From positions 91,509 to 155,508 of the IMG/VR virus record IMGVR_UViG_3300026097_000980: a stretch of 64,000 bases of DNA, one strand, 5' to 3'. Source of the stretch: a virus. The position numbers and the translations under genes are program-made. The notes under the pieces are model-generated. The model saw only the letters and a program-made list of their open reading frames with translations, was not told where the DNA came from and made no database searches. Of this stretch, positions 1 through 9,869 are shown one piece after another (positions within the stretch are counted from its first letter, which is position 1; every line of letters starts with the position of its first letter).

Positions 1-122
1 AGAGCACCCATTATGCTGGTAGGTGTCACCGTAATGCCAAAGATTTTCATCTTGGTATTTTTAAGATTTTCCATTTCGTTTTCTATATTTTCGGTGATTT
101 CACCCAAGTCTTTGTCACTCAT
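1..122 (-). CDS. Hypothetical protein, N-terminal fragment (MSDKDLGEITENIENEM...), runs off window edge
   Basis: ATG at 122 preceded by GGAGCGAACA; frame open to position 1. Confidence 0.6.
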   Translation of the reverse strand, partial: MSDKDLGEITENIENEMENLKNTKMKIFGITVTPTSIMGA

Positions 123-807
123 TGTTCGCTCCTAGTGTTGTATAAAGTTGTTTGAGTTCTGTGTAATTTTTTACAGTTGTATTTTTCCTAGCATTAGCTA
201 CAGTGCTAGGTTTTTTGTTAGAATGTAGGTCAAAATCAAACACTGTTTTAAGATCCTGTTTCGGATTAAATGATAGCCGATCATAATCAACTATCCTATC
301 AAATTCGCAAAAATTTTCCACGTAGTTTTTTTGTCTTTTAAGGGTATAATACGCTTCTGCGAATAGTTCGGTACTTACAGTGATCTTTTTAACCATACCA
401 AACTCAAATCTTTTTCTGTGCCATTTTCCTGTTTCAGACGCTACAGAATAACTTAACACAATATCAAATAAATTTTGTCTGTCAATGTATACTGTATAGA
501 AATTTGCATCTACATAATTTCTGTATTCTCTATCTAAATCTTTGAACTTTTCAAAGTGATTCTCTTTTTGGCTGATATACCAAAAAAGATTCCCGATATC
601 TTTTATTAGAGCCGAGTTACTGTTTTTTATATTTTTTAATTTGTTAACAAATTTTTTATAGTCTGTATCATATTCTAAGTCAGGGTTTTTGCCAGTGTGA
701 AACGGCTCACAATAATCAACATTATAATGTTGCATAAACTGTGCAATCTCTAACATATATGTGCTTCCTGATCTAGGAAGACTAATTATTGCAATTTTAT
801 CTATCAT
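115..807 (-). CDS. Sulfotransferase-family protein
   Basis: N-terminal ISLPRSGSTY PAPS-binding loop, EPF motif, R-x7-S motif. Confidence 0.65.
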   Translation of the reverse strand: MIDKIAIISLPRSGSTYMLEIAQFMQHYNVDYCEPFHTGKNPDLEYDTDYKKFVNKLKNIKNSNSALIKDIGNLFWYISQKENHFEKFKDLDREYRNYVDANFYTVYIDRQNLFDIVLSYSVASETGKWHRKRFEFGMVKKITVSTELFAEAYYTLKRQKNYVENFCEFDRIVDYDRLSFNPKQDLKTVFDFDLHSNKKPSTVANARKNTTVKNYTELKQLYTTLGANNE

Positions 808-1042
808 TACCTATCCGTGTCTCTGACACTACGTTATCATTCTGTTTGATTTTTATTATTATGGTTTGTTCTAATTCTACTTGTTCTTCGCACACTTCTA
901 TTTTACATTTCAAATGTTCGTCGTATTGTCTATGTGTAAACTCGCCGATTTCTGCTCCAAAATATGCTAAAAATCCAAACGCTATCGCTTCCATGTTCTT
1001 TTTGCCATCTCTCTGTCTAATGCTTTTTGAAAGTTTGAACAT
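797..1042 (-). CDS. Hypothetical protein
   Basis: 81-aa ORF, co-oriented and overlapping its neighbour. Confidence 0.5.
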   Translation of the reverse strand: MFKLSKSIRQRDGKKNMEAIAFGFLAYFGAEIGEFTHRQYDEHLKCKIEVCEEQVELEQTIIIKIKQNDNVVSETRIGNDR

Positions 1043-1123
1043 CTAGGGTTCATTCTTTTAATCTTTAGCTCATTATCCTGCCATTCACTGGTCCAACATA
1101 TCACAGGTGAATAACGAGTTCGT

Positions 1124-3115
1124 TCACTGTTCATATTGACTTCTCACCATTGATTTATGTTTTGCATCGCTGGCTCCATTAAAGAAGCGAGCCGCAGGAT
1201 TGTCATAGTTCTTCTTGTCCGTGTATATATCCTTTGGCGGGTATAAATCGCCGTCTGCCATTTGCGGTTGTTGATATGCTCTAAAGTCGGGATTATATCC
1301 TAACAGTGCTACCAGTGCTGATTCATCTGTGCTACCTGCCATTGCAGCCTGTGCCAGTCTATCTTCTTCTGCATTGGCTTGTGCGATACTGGTTTCATTG
1401 GCTTCTTCCATTGTATCTTCTTGTTCGTCCTTGATGTCTTGTAGTGTGCGTTCTGCAACGCCGTTCACAATGTCGCGTATCAGATTCAAATCCAAACTGG
1501 CCAGTTCAATGTCTGCCATGTCAGCACCTTGACTTAACTGCTCTGATGCGCTCAGTGCAGATTCGCCTGTGATGTCTTCAGTTTGCACTGACCCGCCCTG
1601 TGCAAGATCCATGCTGTTGTCACTGCCCGCATTGCCTGCACTACTACCAGAGCCGTCCATACTGTTCATACTGCCCATGCCACTGCCTTGTGAACTGCTA
1701 CTTCCAAAGCCTCCTCCACTGCTACTCATACTGGAGTTCATAGCACTAAGACTGCTTGTAAGGCTCTGTGTGCTACTCTCTGCGGCTGTGCTTTGTGCGG
1801 CACTGGCTACATCGTCAGCGGCACTGAGAGCGTTCAGTTCGTTTGCGTTTAAGGATCTTCCCGATCCTGATGAGGTTGTTTCCGTGCTCGGAGCAATATC
1901 CCCTGTTGACACTTCAATACCTCCAGCGACTGCTTGTGTTTCTTGCACAGGCGTTCCTGTTGCTGGGTCAGTTGTCTCCATTCCCACCATTCCTTGAGAT
2001 TGTGTATCCATTGAAACATTTCCTGTTCCTCCTGTTATATCTGGAGTGCCTGTAAAATCTTGTGTGCCTGAATATAAATCTTGTTGCGGTGCTATTTGTG
2101 CCATCATAGCATCATTGTAGCCTGGACATTCTGGGGAGAATGTAGGATCTGCTGAACACTGTGCTGACAGCAATACCGTATCCTCTAGGCTTTCCTCTTC
2201 TAGGGGATTGCCTGCGTATCTGTAGTTCAGTTTGATTGAGGGATTCGCAAACTCTGGACCGTAGTATCCTGCCCAGTATCCCAAATCTTTACCAGTCACA
2301 TTCAGTTGAATAGATTCCAGTGTGTTCACATCAAACGGGTCTTTGAATGTTTCCTCACCTGAGATGTTTGTCCACTCACTGTAATATTGACTGTAGTCAT
2401 AGGTCTTTGAAAACACAGCCGTGCCCTGTGTGTCACGAATAACTACCTCCACATAGAAAGTGTCTGGAGTGCTTCTTGCATTATTAGTATAGTTGGCATC
2501 CCAGTTCTTGACACTCCACGAATAGTTGTAGCCAGTGGCTTCTATTCCTGCTTGCTCTAGTGCAATGTTTATTGCGGCGAGGTTCGTGAGTGTGCGTTCT
2601 ACATATCCAAAGTTAATCTGTCCATCCGCCGCACCAACGTATTGATCATTAATAGTAGGACATGATCCGCCTGAAGTTCCACCCCATCCTCTGTTAAGTT
2701 CGTAGCATCCATTCCAATATTGGCTAGTGTCACCTATCAAGTCGCCGGTTTGCCCCACAATGTATTCCTGTGTTGCCCAGTCTATCTCGTCAATCTGTAT
2801 ATATGAGTAGGTAGAATCCATTGACCTATTGACGCAGACATCTGAACGACCCACATACACTTTGTTTACATCGTCTCTCAAACAAAGATATTCGTTGCCT
2901 AACACGCCGTCCGATCCTGTGGTTGAGTTTTCTGAATAGAAATATTCGTCAACACTGCCGCCTTGATCTATCCACCAATCTTTTATTTCATTGTGGTCGG
3001 GTGCTTGGAATGTGTGGGTGTCGTGAGGACCCGCTTTAGAAAGCGGCGCCACCAGTAGCATACATAAGCAGAGCACTGCCCAATATGCCCCAGCCAATGC
3101 CTTTGAGTGTGTCAT
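1124..3115 (-). CDS. Large secreted/surface protein with Ser/Gly/Met-rich low-complexity region
   Basis: Signal-peptide-like N-terminus, 663 aa, acidic. Confidence 0.6.
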   Translation of the reverse strand: MTHSKALAGAYWAVLCLCMLLVAPLSKAGPHDTHTFQAPDHNEIKDWWIDQGGSVDEYFYSENSTTGSDGVLGNEYLCLRDDVNKVYVGRSDVCVNRSMDSTYSYIQIDEIDWATQEYIVGQTGDLIGDTSQYWNGCYELNRGWGGTSGGSCPTINDQYVGAADGQINFGYVERTLTNLAAINIALEQAGIEATGYNYSWSVKNWDANYTNNARSTPDTFYVEVVIRDTQGTAVFSKTYDYSQYYSEWTNISGEETFKDPFDVNTLESIQLNVTGKDLGYWAGYYGPEFANPSIKLNYRYAGNPLEEESLEDTVLLSAQCSADPTFSPECPGYNDAMMAQIAPQQDLYSGTQDFTGTPDITGGTGNVSMDTQSQGMVGMETTDPATGTPVQETQAVAGGIEVSTGDIAPSTETTSSGSGRSLNANELNALSAADDVASAAQSTAAESSTQSLTSSLSAMNSSMSSSGGGFGSSSSQGSGMGSMNSMDGSGSSAGNAGSDNSMDLAQGGSVQTEDITGESALSASEQLSQGADMADIELASLDLNLIRDIVNGVAERTLQDIKDEQEDTMEEANETSIAQANAEEDRLAQAAMAGSTDESALVALLGYNPDFRAYQQPQMADGDLYPPKDIYTDKKNYDNPAARFFNGASDAKHKSMVRSQYEQ

Positions 3116-4001
3116 TGCGTCTGGTTTCCTCTTCCTGTTCAGTAGGCTTTAGTTCTGGATACTTTGCCCACATTTCTTTGGCTTCATCGCCTATCTTGCC
3201 ATTGAACGGACAAGGTGTTCCAGCCATTTCCATTGCTGTAAATACCTTTGGATCCTGGCACATTAGACTCACAGCCGCAACCTTCATGCCCATGTTGTAC
3301 AGGGTCTTTGAATTCTTTAGTCGCTCACAGTTTAGATCACGAACATGTCCACCGCCCGCAATACCCAGTATTTGACTTTGCACTGCCGCTGAATATGAAA
3401 CTGTGCAGGTGTCATTGCCTCCTGCGTTCACCGTGGGGGCAATAGCACTGGGTGGTGGTGACTTGATGGTCTGTGTAATATCACTCTTGTTGTTGTTATT
3501 GTTTGTGTTGTTATTGTTGTTGGTGTTATTACTGGTTGACGTATTTGTGTTCGTGTTGTTGTTAGTGTTTGTGTTCGTGCTGGTGCTGTTCACAGTTTGG
3601 TCAACAGTTTGATCAATGGTGCTGTCCGTGGTCTGATTGATAGTGCTGTCTGTGGTCTGATTGATTGTGCTGTTAGTAGTGTTATTAATCGTGCTGTTGT
3701 TGGTGTTGTTGGTAGTCTGATCAATAGTGCTGTTATTAGTGTTTGTGTTAGTGTTGGTGTTGTTAGTGCCGCCACTCAGAATATTGTTGTTGGTGTTTGT
3801 GTTTGTGTTGGTGGTTCCGCCACTCAGCACATTATTGTTGGTATTTGTACTGTTCACCGTTGAGTTGGTATTTGTGGTGCTTTCCGTCACCACAAGGCTT
3901 GAACTGTCTGCTTCGCCATCTGCATCTTCAAGTGCATGTGCTTGTGGCACCGCACTGATAGACAAGGCTATAACTGCTACGAATAGCACTCTTTTAATCA
4001 T
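3036..4001 (-). CDS. Secreted/membrane-anchored Asn/Thr-repeat protein with Cys-rich C-terminal domain
   Basis: Start moved to ATG 4001 (GGAGCGA SD); signal peptide; (NT)n and STIDQT repeats; C-terminal TM segment. Confidence 0.65.
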   Translation of the reverse strand: MIKRVLFVAVIALSISAVPQAHALEDADGEADSSSLVVTESTTNTNSTVNSTNTNNNVLSGGTTNTNTNTNNNILSGGTNNTNTNTNTNNSTIDQTTNNTNNSTINNTTNSTINQTTDSTINQTTDSTIDQTVDQTVNSTSTNTNTNNNTNTNTSTSNNTNNNNNTNNNNNKSDITQTIKSPPPSAIAPTVNAGGNDTCTVSYSAAVQSQILGIAGGGHVRDLNCERLKNSKTLYNMGMKVAAVSLMCQDPKVFTAMEMAGTPCPFNGKIGDEAKEMWAKYPELKPTEQEEETRRNDTLKGIGWGILGSALLMYATGGAAF

Positions 4002-4097
4002 TTTTCGCTCCCGGGATAAATCGTATTCCCTCAACAGTATTTAATCACAGGTTATTGTGAATTTTAGTACTACTTTAGTACAAGTATTTATCATAAA

Positions 4098-4117
4098 GGT
4101 GTAAAAATATTTACACC
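4098..4117. promoter_or_regulatory. Perfect 8-bp inverted repeat GGTGTAAA-N4-TTTACACC (TGT-N10-ACA), putative operator
   Basis: Directly upstream of TATAAATA promoter and Fis-like gene. Confidence 0.45.
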
Positions 4118-4133
4118 AGACTATAAATACATC

Positions 4134-4355
4134 ATGTCCAGAGAAGAAGATGACGAACTGAGAAGAATCGTTGAGGAACTAGAAAGTTTAAGAAAACAAG
4201 TAGGGCTTCCAGACCGTGTTGAAAAAGTAGAAAAGGATGCTATTCAGAATGCTCTTTATGAGACCGATGGCAATCAAACACTTGCGGCAAAAAAACTTGG
4301 ATTAGGTAGAACCTGTTTGATTGCCAAAATGAAGAAGTATGGGATTATAAAGTAG
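4134..4355 (+). CDS. Stand-alone Fis/NtrC-type HTH_8 DNA-binding protein
   Basis: VEKDAIQNALYETDGNQTLAAKKLGLGRTCLIAKMKKYGI matches HTH_8. Confidence 0.85.
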   Translation: MSREEDDELRRIVEELESLRKQVGLPDRVEKVEKDAIQNALYETDGNQTLAAKKLGLGRTCLIAKMKKYGIIK

Positions 4356-6045
4356 CGTTAGGCTCGTTAGGTTTCTTATCTAGAGAATCTGGCATTCCAT
4401 CATTGTCAGCGTCATTATATGTATTAGGAGTGTCAGTGTCTTTCTTCTTATAGATTGTCAGCATTTCATTGTTAAGATCTGCTAACACCTTACCGGCGGC
4501 ATCTACTTCAACAATATTTCTAATAGTTTTTCCTTGTTGAATGTATGAACGATACTGTACTAGAATATTGTTCTTACCTAACTTCTGTGCAATATTTTTT
4601 ATTTCATCAGGTGCATCTTTTAGTTTTTCGCTAGGCTTAACTTTAACTTGTAACGCAACGCCATTTCCGCCTTTGGCAGTTAAAACATTACTGCACTCTA
4701 AGTCAAAATATTCGCAGACTTGATAAAATGTTTTTCCAAACCTTAGTTCTACAAAATCTTTACCTGCTCCTGGATCCATGATAGTCACAACTACTAGCTC
4801 GTCGCCGCGAGTCTTAGAAGAGGCATCTTGCTGATCAACATTCTTCCCTGAATGATATAGTAGTCCTTGCTGTAAATGTGATAGAAAGTCTATTTCACCT
4901 TCTGTTGTATCACCTGCAAGATGTTTGTTAATTTTTTGTTGGGCCCATTGATAAGTTTCTTTAATAGGCCCATTCATTACTGCTTGAAGAGTCTTAGGAT
5001 TTACTATGAACTCACCATCTTTGGTATAGTTGTCTATTACTTTTGCAAATGATGATTTGAAGTTTTCAGGTAACTCATAGTTAAAACTCTGTCTCCAGAA
5101 CAATCCAAGTTTCTCAAAAGTTCTACCACTTGCCTGTCCAATCTGTGAACGGCCACTGCCTGCTTTTAAACTTAAAAGACTTAGTGTTTCTGGATCTCCT
5201 TCGCTACCAGCAACGATAAGTTTTAAATCAACCTTTGTCATATTTTGGTTTTCTGCTTCTGCACCGTCACTTACTACGCTGATCTCTTGTTTGACATCAT
5301 CAGTGTAATATTCTTGGATTTTAGATACAGCATTACTTGGTTCAAGGCCTGTGTTTGCATAGTTTGCCGCCTTGCTTATCATTTCATTTAGTTTCTTTCC
5401 AGCATCATCACTTAATTCTAGTTTTCTCTGCACTGCTAATCCGTCGCCTTTTGCTTCTATAAGCATTCTTAAGGCTTTGATGTCTCCTCTAGGGAGTGTC
5501 ACTTTAATACTTAGACTATCATCGGTTCTGTCTTGCACCGGCAAACTTATTTCATTTTTTCCGCTTGCAAAGAAATTTTCTCCAATGCGTAGAACATCGT
5601 CTGCCGAAATTTCTGTAGATGTATTAGTAAATCTTGCAGCCATTGCAAATCCTAATACACCTTCAGTAACATTTCCTGCATTTACAGTAGTTTTAACAGC
5701 TGACTTATCTATGTTTGTAGGAATAAATTTATGAGTTTTGCCGTCTTCGTCTACGCCGGTTATTTTTTCTTTTACATTTGTTTTTTCACCCGACGATCTT
5801 AGTTCTACTTGCTTGTTTATTATTGCAAGAGCATTTTCTATCTCTTCTTCAGGAATAGTAACAGGAATTAACCCACTCCCTGCCTTAACTATGATTGTCT
5901 CTCCTGCTTTTATCTTTGCGATAAGAGGAGGTATGTATGCATTATGGCTTTTATTTTCCGGAGTCCAATATTCTCCCGAAATTAGAGCTTCGTGTAGTTT
6001 CATTGTAGACTTGACTGTTTCTGATAAAAATTCAAATGCTCTCAT
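4345..6045 (-). CDS. Hypothetical protein, possible head-internal protein
   Basis: 566 aa; N-terminus MRAFEFLSE; TAAATA 5 nt before ATG. Confidence 0.6.
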   Translation of the reverse strand: MRAFEFLSETVKSTMKLHEALISGEYWTPENKSHNAYIPPLIAKIKAGETIIVKAGSGLIPVTIPEEEIENALAIINKQVELRSSGEKTNVKEKITGVDEDGKTHKFIPTNIDKSAVKTTVNAGNVTEGVLGFAMAARFTNTSTEISADDVLRIGENFFASGKNEISLPVQDRTDDSLSIKVTLPRGDIKALRMLIEAKGDGLAVQRKLELSDDAGKKLNEMISKAANYANTGLEPSNAVSKIQEYYTDDVKQEISVVSDGAEAENQNMTKVDLKLIVAGSEGDPETLSLLSLKAGSGRSQIGQASGRTFEKLGLFWRQSFNYELPENFKSSFAKVIDNYTKDGEFIVNPKTLQAVMNGPIKETYQWAQQKINKHLAGDTTEGEIDFLSHLQQGLLYHSGKNVDQQDASSKTRGDELVVVTIMDPGAGKDFVELRFGKTFYQVCEYFDLECSNVLTAKGGNGVALQVKVKPSEKLKDAPDEIKNIAQKLGKNNILVQYRSYIQQGKTIRNIVEVDAAGKVLADLNNEMLTIYKKKDTDTPNTYNDADNDGMPDSLDKKPNEPNATL

Positions 6046-6053
6046 AAGTGTAT

Positions 6054-6740
6054 TTATTCAATATCGGGGAATAGGCAATCTTGTATGAATGCTCGGACAT
6101 CCTCTTCGTCCAGGCCTAATGCGGCCATTGTGCGAGGAGTATGTGGATTTTGTTTTTGGTAATACGCATAACGATTTTGTGCGGTGATGCCTTGTTCGCG
6201 ATCGCCTTGATCATTAAAGAACGCAATCTCATCTAGGTAAGCATACACATTATGTTCAGCCATTGCGTAAATCTGTTCTAGTTCATCTTCCTTGTTAACA
6301 TTACCGGCAGCGACCATATGCTCAGAAAATATAGCTTGCGCCCAGTCTGGTAACTCTCTCTTTTTACGCCAGTCTAGTTTGGCAACTTCTTGAGCAAATC
6401 CTTCAATCATAACATGATGTGGATTTTGTGTTGCTGAGTAATCGTGAAAGCATCCTGTAATTTTATTTTTGCCTGCAATAACATCGAATCCAAATATAGG
6501 ACCGTCATTTTCTAGGTGTGGGAAGATGCAACAATGCATCATCCACAGTCCTTTGGTATCGCGAGCATCAACTACATCCACATGAGCCCTGCGATACTGA
6601 TCACTATTCCAAACACGATTAACCCACCCAGGCTGATTGAAGCGATCCATACCAGGCTCCGATACCTCAGTTCCTGTTTTGTCAAACGCCGCTTCAAAAG
6701 TCTGCTGTACTCCTATCAATGTATCCCAAACTTGACTCAT
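6054..6740 (-). CDS. pcyX: Ferredoxin-dependent bilin reductase (PcyX/PcyA-like)
   Basis: RRAHVDVVD, MHCCIFP, PIFGFDVI, ELPDWAQAIFS, QKQNPHT motifs; linked to heme oxygenase. Confidence 0.8.
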   Translation of the reverse strand: MSQVWDTLIGVQQTFEAAFDKTGTEVSEPGMDRFNQPGWVNRVWNSDQYRRAHVDVVDARDTKGLWMMHCCIFPHLENDGPIFGFDVIAGKNKITGCFHDYSATQNPHHVMIEGFAQEVAKLDWRKKRELPDWAQAIFSEHMVAAGNVNKEDELEQIYAMAEHNVYAYLDEIAFFNDQGDREQGITAQNRYAYYQKQNPHTPRTMAALGLDEEDVRAFIQDCLFPDIE

Positions 6741-8026
6741 TAGTATCTATAAGTCTCTAGTTTGTAAGGTCCTTGTACAGGTACACTAATATACTTTGCC
6801 TGTTCTTTTGTGAGCACAGTTAGGTCAGCACCTAGTTGTTCTAGATGTAGTCTAGCTACCTTCTCGTCTAGATGTTTTGGTAGAAGATATAACTTGCCTT
6901 TTTCGTAGTTTTCTGCATTATTCCACATTTCAATTTGTGCAAGAACCTGGTTAGTAAAACTATTGCTCATTACATAACTAGGATGGCCAGTAGCACAACC
7001 TAGATTTACTAATCTTCCTTTTGCTAGAACGATAATCTTTTTACCATCAGGAAATTTTACATGATCAACCTGTGGTTTAATTTCATCCCACTCATATTTT
7101 TCTATGCCTTTAATATCAATTTCACTGTCAAAATGGCCAATATTACACACAATAGCATTGTTTTTCATTTTAATCATATGGTCGTGTGTGATAACATCGA
7201 TGTTGCCTGTGGCTGTAACAAAGATATCTGCTTTGTCTGCGGCATACTCCATTGTGGTAACTTTGTACCCTTCCATAGCCGCTTGGAGTGCAAGAATAGG
7301 ATCAATTTCAGTAATCCATACTTGAGCACTTAATGCTCTTAATGCCTGAGCAGATCCTTTGCCAACATCTCCATATCCACAAACGACAGCAATTTTGCCA
7401 GCAATCATAACATCTGTTGCTCTTTTAATTGCATCTACACAGCTTTCACGGCAACCATATAGATTATCAAATTTAGATTTAGTAACACTGTCATTTACAT
7501 TGATTGCAGGAATTTTAAGTGTGTTATTTTCAATTCTTTCCAACAGTTTGTGAATACCTGTAGTAGTTTCTTCTGTAACTCCTACAATGTCTTCCAACAG
7601 TTCAGGATACTTGTCGTGAATATAACCTGTAAGATCGTGGCCATCATCCAGTAGAATGTTAGGTGTCCAGCCATTAGAACCTCTCAGTGTTTGTTCGATA
7701 CACCACCAATACTCATCTTCAGTCTCACCTTTCCATGCAAATACTGGAATACCTTGATCAGCCAAAGCGGCTGCCGCATGATCTTGAGTAGAAAAAATAT
7801 TACAACTACTCCAGCGAACATCAGCACCTAGCTCTACTAGTGTTTCAACTAACACTGCTGTTTGAATAGTCATGTGCAAACTACCTGTAATTCTAGCACC
7901 AGCTAGAGGTTTTTTACCTGCATACTCTTTCCTAATTGCCATCAATCCTGGCATTTCGCCTTCGGCAATCTCTATTTCTTTTCTGCCGTAATCTGCAAGG
8001 TTAATATCTTTAATTTTGTAATCCAC
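6740..8026 (-). CDS. ahcY: S-adenosylhomocysteine hydrolase
   Basis: [52 protein letters not shown]. Confidence 0.97.
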   Translation of the reverse strand: MDYKIKDINLADYGRKEIEIAEGEMPGLMAIRKEYAGKKPLAGARITGSLHMTIQTAVLVETLVELGADVRWSSCNIFSTQDHAAAALADQGIPVFAWKGETEDEYWWCIEQTLRGSNGWTPNILLDDGHDLTGYIHDKYPELLEDIVGVTEETTTGIHKLLERIENNTLKIPAINVNDSVTKSKFDNLYGCRESCVDAIKRATDVMIAGKIAVVCGYGDVGKGSAQALRALSAQVWITEIDPILALQAAMEGYKVTTMEYAADKADIFVTATGNIDVITHDHMIKMKNNAIVCNIGHFDSEIDIKGIEKYEWDEIKPQVDHVKFPDGKKIIVLAKGRLVNLGCATGHPSYVMSNSFTNQVLAQIEMWNNAENYEKGKLYLLPKHLDEKVARLHLEQLGADLTVLTKEQAKYISVPVQGPYKLETYRY

Positions 8027-8048
8027 TAATGTTTTCCTTATGTTAATA

Positions 8049-8444
8049 TTATAAACTGTTTACTAAATTCATTGCTACACTGGTTCCCGTTATCGCACTG
8101 CCTATCATAATAGCGCGATCGTTCCATACGCCGCCTACGTATATCCACAAGACAGATGCGATTAGATAGGACAGTTTTCCATAAACGTCCATATCAGCCG
8201 AAAACAAAAATACACCAATAATAGCCAATACAGTTGCACCCCACTTGGCATAATAATCAACGGTGCCAGTAGGTGTTGTCGGACGTAGATCATCCGCCTC
8301 TGCTTGAAGCTCTTCTAGCTCCTGCTTCAGTCTTCTTTTTTCTGTGGCAAGTTCCATTGCAAGCTTCCCTGCTTTAGACATGGTGCTGCCTTCGAATCTT
8401 TCGTGTGTTTCTTCACTCACTATCGGGTCATCTCTATCTGTCAT
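8049..8444 (-). CDS. Small membrane protein with coiled-coil N-terminus
   Basis: Three hydrophobic segments in C-terminal half. Confidence 0.6.
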   Translation of the reverse strand: MTDRDDPIVSEETHERFEGSTMSKAGKLAMELATEKRRLKQELEELQAEADDLRPTTPTGTVDYYAKWGATVLAIIGVFLFSADMDVYGKLSYLIASVLWIYVGGVWNDRAIMIGSAITGTSVAMNLVNSL

Positions 8445-8450
8445 AAAGGA

Positions 8451-8993
8451 TTATTTATCTACAAATTCCATCATTTCTTGAAATAATCTAGTTGCAAACT
8501 CAAAACATAGTTTAGCTTCATCGGCCATACTGTCGTCAACCTTTTTTCTAATTTTTTCTTTTAATTCTTCTCGATCACCATCGAATTGATAAAAACGTCC
8601 TTCTCCAGGAACTTTTTTAGCAATTATTTGTCCGCCACTTAGATCGCCCATGTGCCTTACATAGATATGAGCCATAAGTTTATGTGGGTCATTGCTGATG
8701 CTCATGATATGATCAAGATATTCTTTTACAACCGCACACTGAGGTGGCTGTTGATCCTTGTGCGGCCACAATTCCATAAAGTCCGCATAGATTTCCTTAG
8801 ATCGTTCAACAATTCGCATATCGTTTAATAATCCGTGACGTGCGGCCATAACTTCTAACAGTTCATACATTGGAAACTGATTCCATAGGTAGGTTGCATA
8901 TAATTCTGCATCGATATCTTTAAACAATACTTTTACAAATTCTTGCCTTTCGGCGTTTGTGTGTTGTTCTTTGGTAAGTTCTTTTAGACTCAT
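8451..8993 (-). CDS. hemO: Heme oxygenase (biliverdin-producing)
   Basis: LKELTKEQHTNAE proximal His; AHIYVRHMGDLSGGQII motif. Confidence 0.92.
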   Translation of the reverse strand: MSLKELTKEQHTNAERQEFVKVLFKDIDAELYATYLWNQFPMYELLEVMAARHGLLNDMRIVERSKEIYADFMELWPHKDQQPPQCAVVKEYLDHIMSISNDPHKLMAHIYVRHMGDLSGGQIIAKKVPGEGRFYQFDGDREELKEKIRKKVDDSMADEAKLCFEFATRLFQEMMEFVDK

Positions 8994-9292
8994 TGTTCTT
9001 CTTCTACCACAATCTTTAACGGATACCCGTTGCTTCTCGCAATCGCTGTTGCTTCTAGACCTTTTTGTTCTGCAATTTCATATAGATATGCACCGGCTAT
9101 GCCACTTCCTGTATTATGCACTTCCATTGTGATTTGTTCAGCAGTCATCCTATCATGTCTAAATATTCCCATTAAGATTTCTATCACCAGTTCCATAGGT
9201 GTTACGTCGTCGTTCAACAATAACACTTTCCATAATTTTGGAGGTGACAGGTCCGTTTTGGTTTTTATTTTAAGATCATTTTCTGTTGTCAT
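8990..9292 (-). CDS. clpS: N-end-rule adaptor ClpS
   Basis: WKVLLLNDDVTPMELV, VHNTG, YEIAEQK, YPL motifs. Confidence 0.92.
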   Translation of the reverse strand: MTTENDLKIKTKTDLSPPKLWKVLLLNDDVTPMELVIEILMGIFRHDRMTAEQITMEVHNTGSGIAGAYLYEIAEQKGLEATAIARSNGYPLKIVVEEEQ

Positions 9293-9311
9293 GTTATCCT
9301 CTGATATAAGT

Positions 9312-9330
9312 GGGGGAGTTGCCTCCCCCT
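9312..9330 (-). terminator. GC hairpin after Hsp20
   Basis: GGGGGAG-ttgc-CTCCCCC stem; no clear U tract. Confidence 0.4.
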
Positions 9331-9338
9331 AGACTGTG

Positions 9339-9803
9339 TTACTTGCTATCTACTGTGAGAGATTCTTTTGAAGCAGGAGCCTCAATTGCAATCTTCTTAG
9401 GTTGTAGCTCTTCTGGAACTTCACGCTTGAGGTATACATTCAGCATACCGTTGTCTAGCGAAGCTCGTTCTACTTCTACGTGATCAGCAAGTGTAAACGA
9501 TCTGCTGAAGTTACGTCCTGCGATGCCTTTGTGTAGATAGTTTACTTCATCATCACCTTTTGGAGATATACCTTCTACAGTAAGGATATTTTTGTCCTTG
9601 GTAATATCCAAGTTATCCATATCGAACCCAGCAACGGCCAAAGTAATTACATACTCGTCGTCGTTAATCTGTGCAATGTTATATGGAGGATATCCTTGCG
9701 GAGCACTGTTTGCGAATTGACGATCTAGTTCGTCGAACAGTCTATCAAATCCCACAGTTGCTCTGTGTAATGAAGGTAGGTCTAGAGTTGTTAGTCTTGT
9801 CAT
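9339..9803 (-). CDS. ibpA: Small heat-shock protein (Hsp20/IbpA family)
   Basis: GFDRLF, YPPYNI, LAVAGF, YLHKGIAGRNF, NGML. Confidence 0.93.
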   Translation of the reverse strand: MTRLTTLDLPSLHRATVGFDRLFDELDRQFANSAPQGYPPYNIAQINDDEYVITLAVAGFDMDNLDITKDKNILTVEGISPKGDDEVNYLHKGIAGRNFSRSFTLADHVEVERASLDNGMLNVYLKREVPEELQPKKIAIEAPASKESLTVDSK

Positions 9804-9869
9804 TTTGTTTCTCCTTTTAAATAAGCAAGATTTTTACGTAGGACCCATTATGGCGTCCAAGTTTATTTA
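9804..9869 (-). promoter_or_regulatory. TAAATA promoter plus ROSE-like RNA thermometer leader
   Basis: Leader AAUCUUGCUUAUUUAAAAGGAGA: UCUUGCU can pair with the AGGAGA SD. Confidence 0.6.

Noticed and set aside
3480-3860. Dense GTT/GTGTT repeats resembling a repeat array or CRISPR
   Set aside because: They are the Asn/Thr low-complexity coding region of the minus-strand gene; there are no constant repeats with unique spacers.
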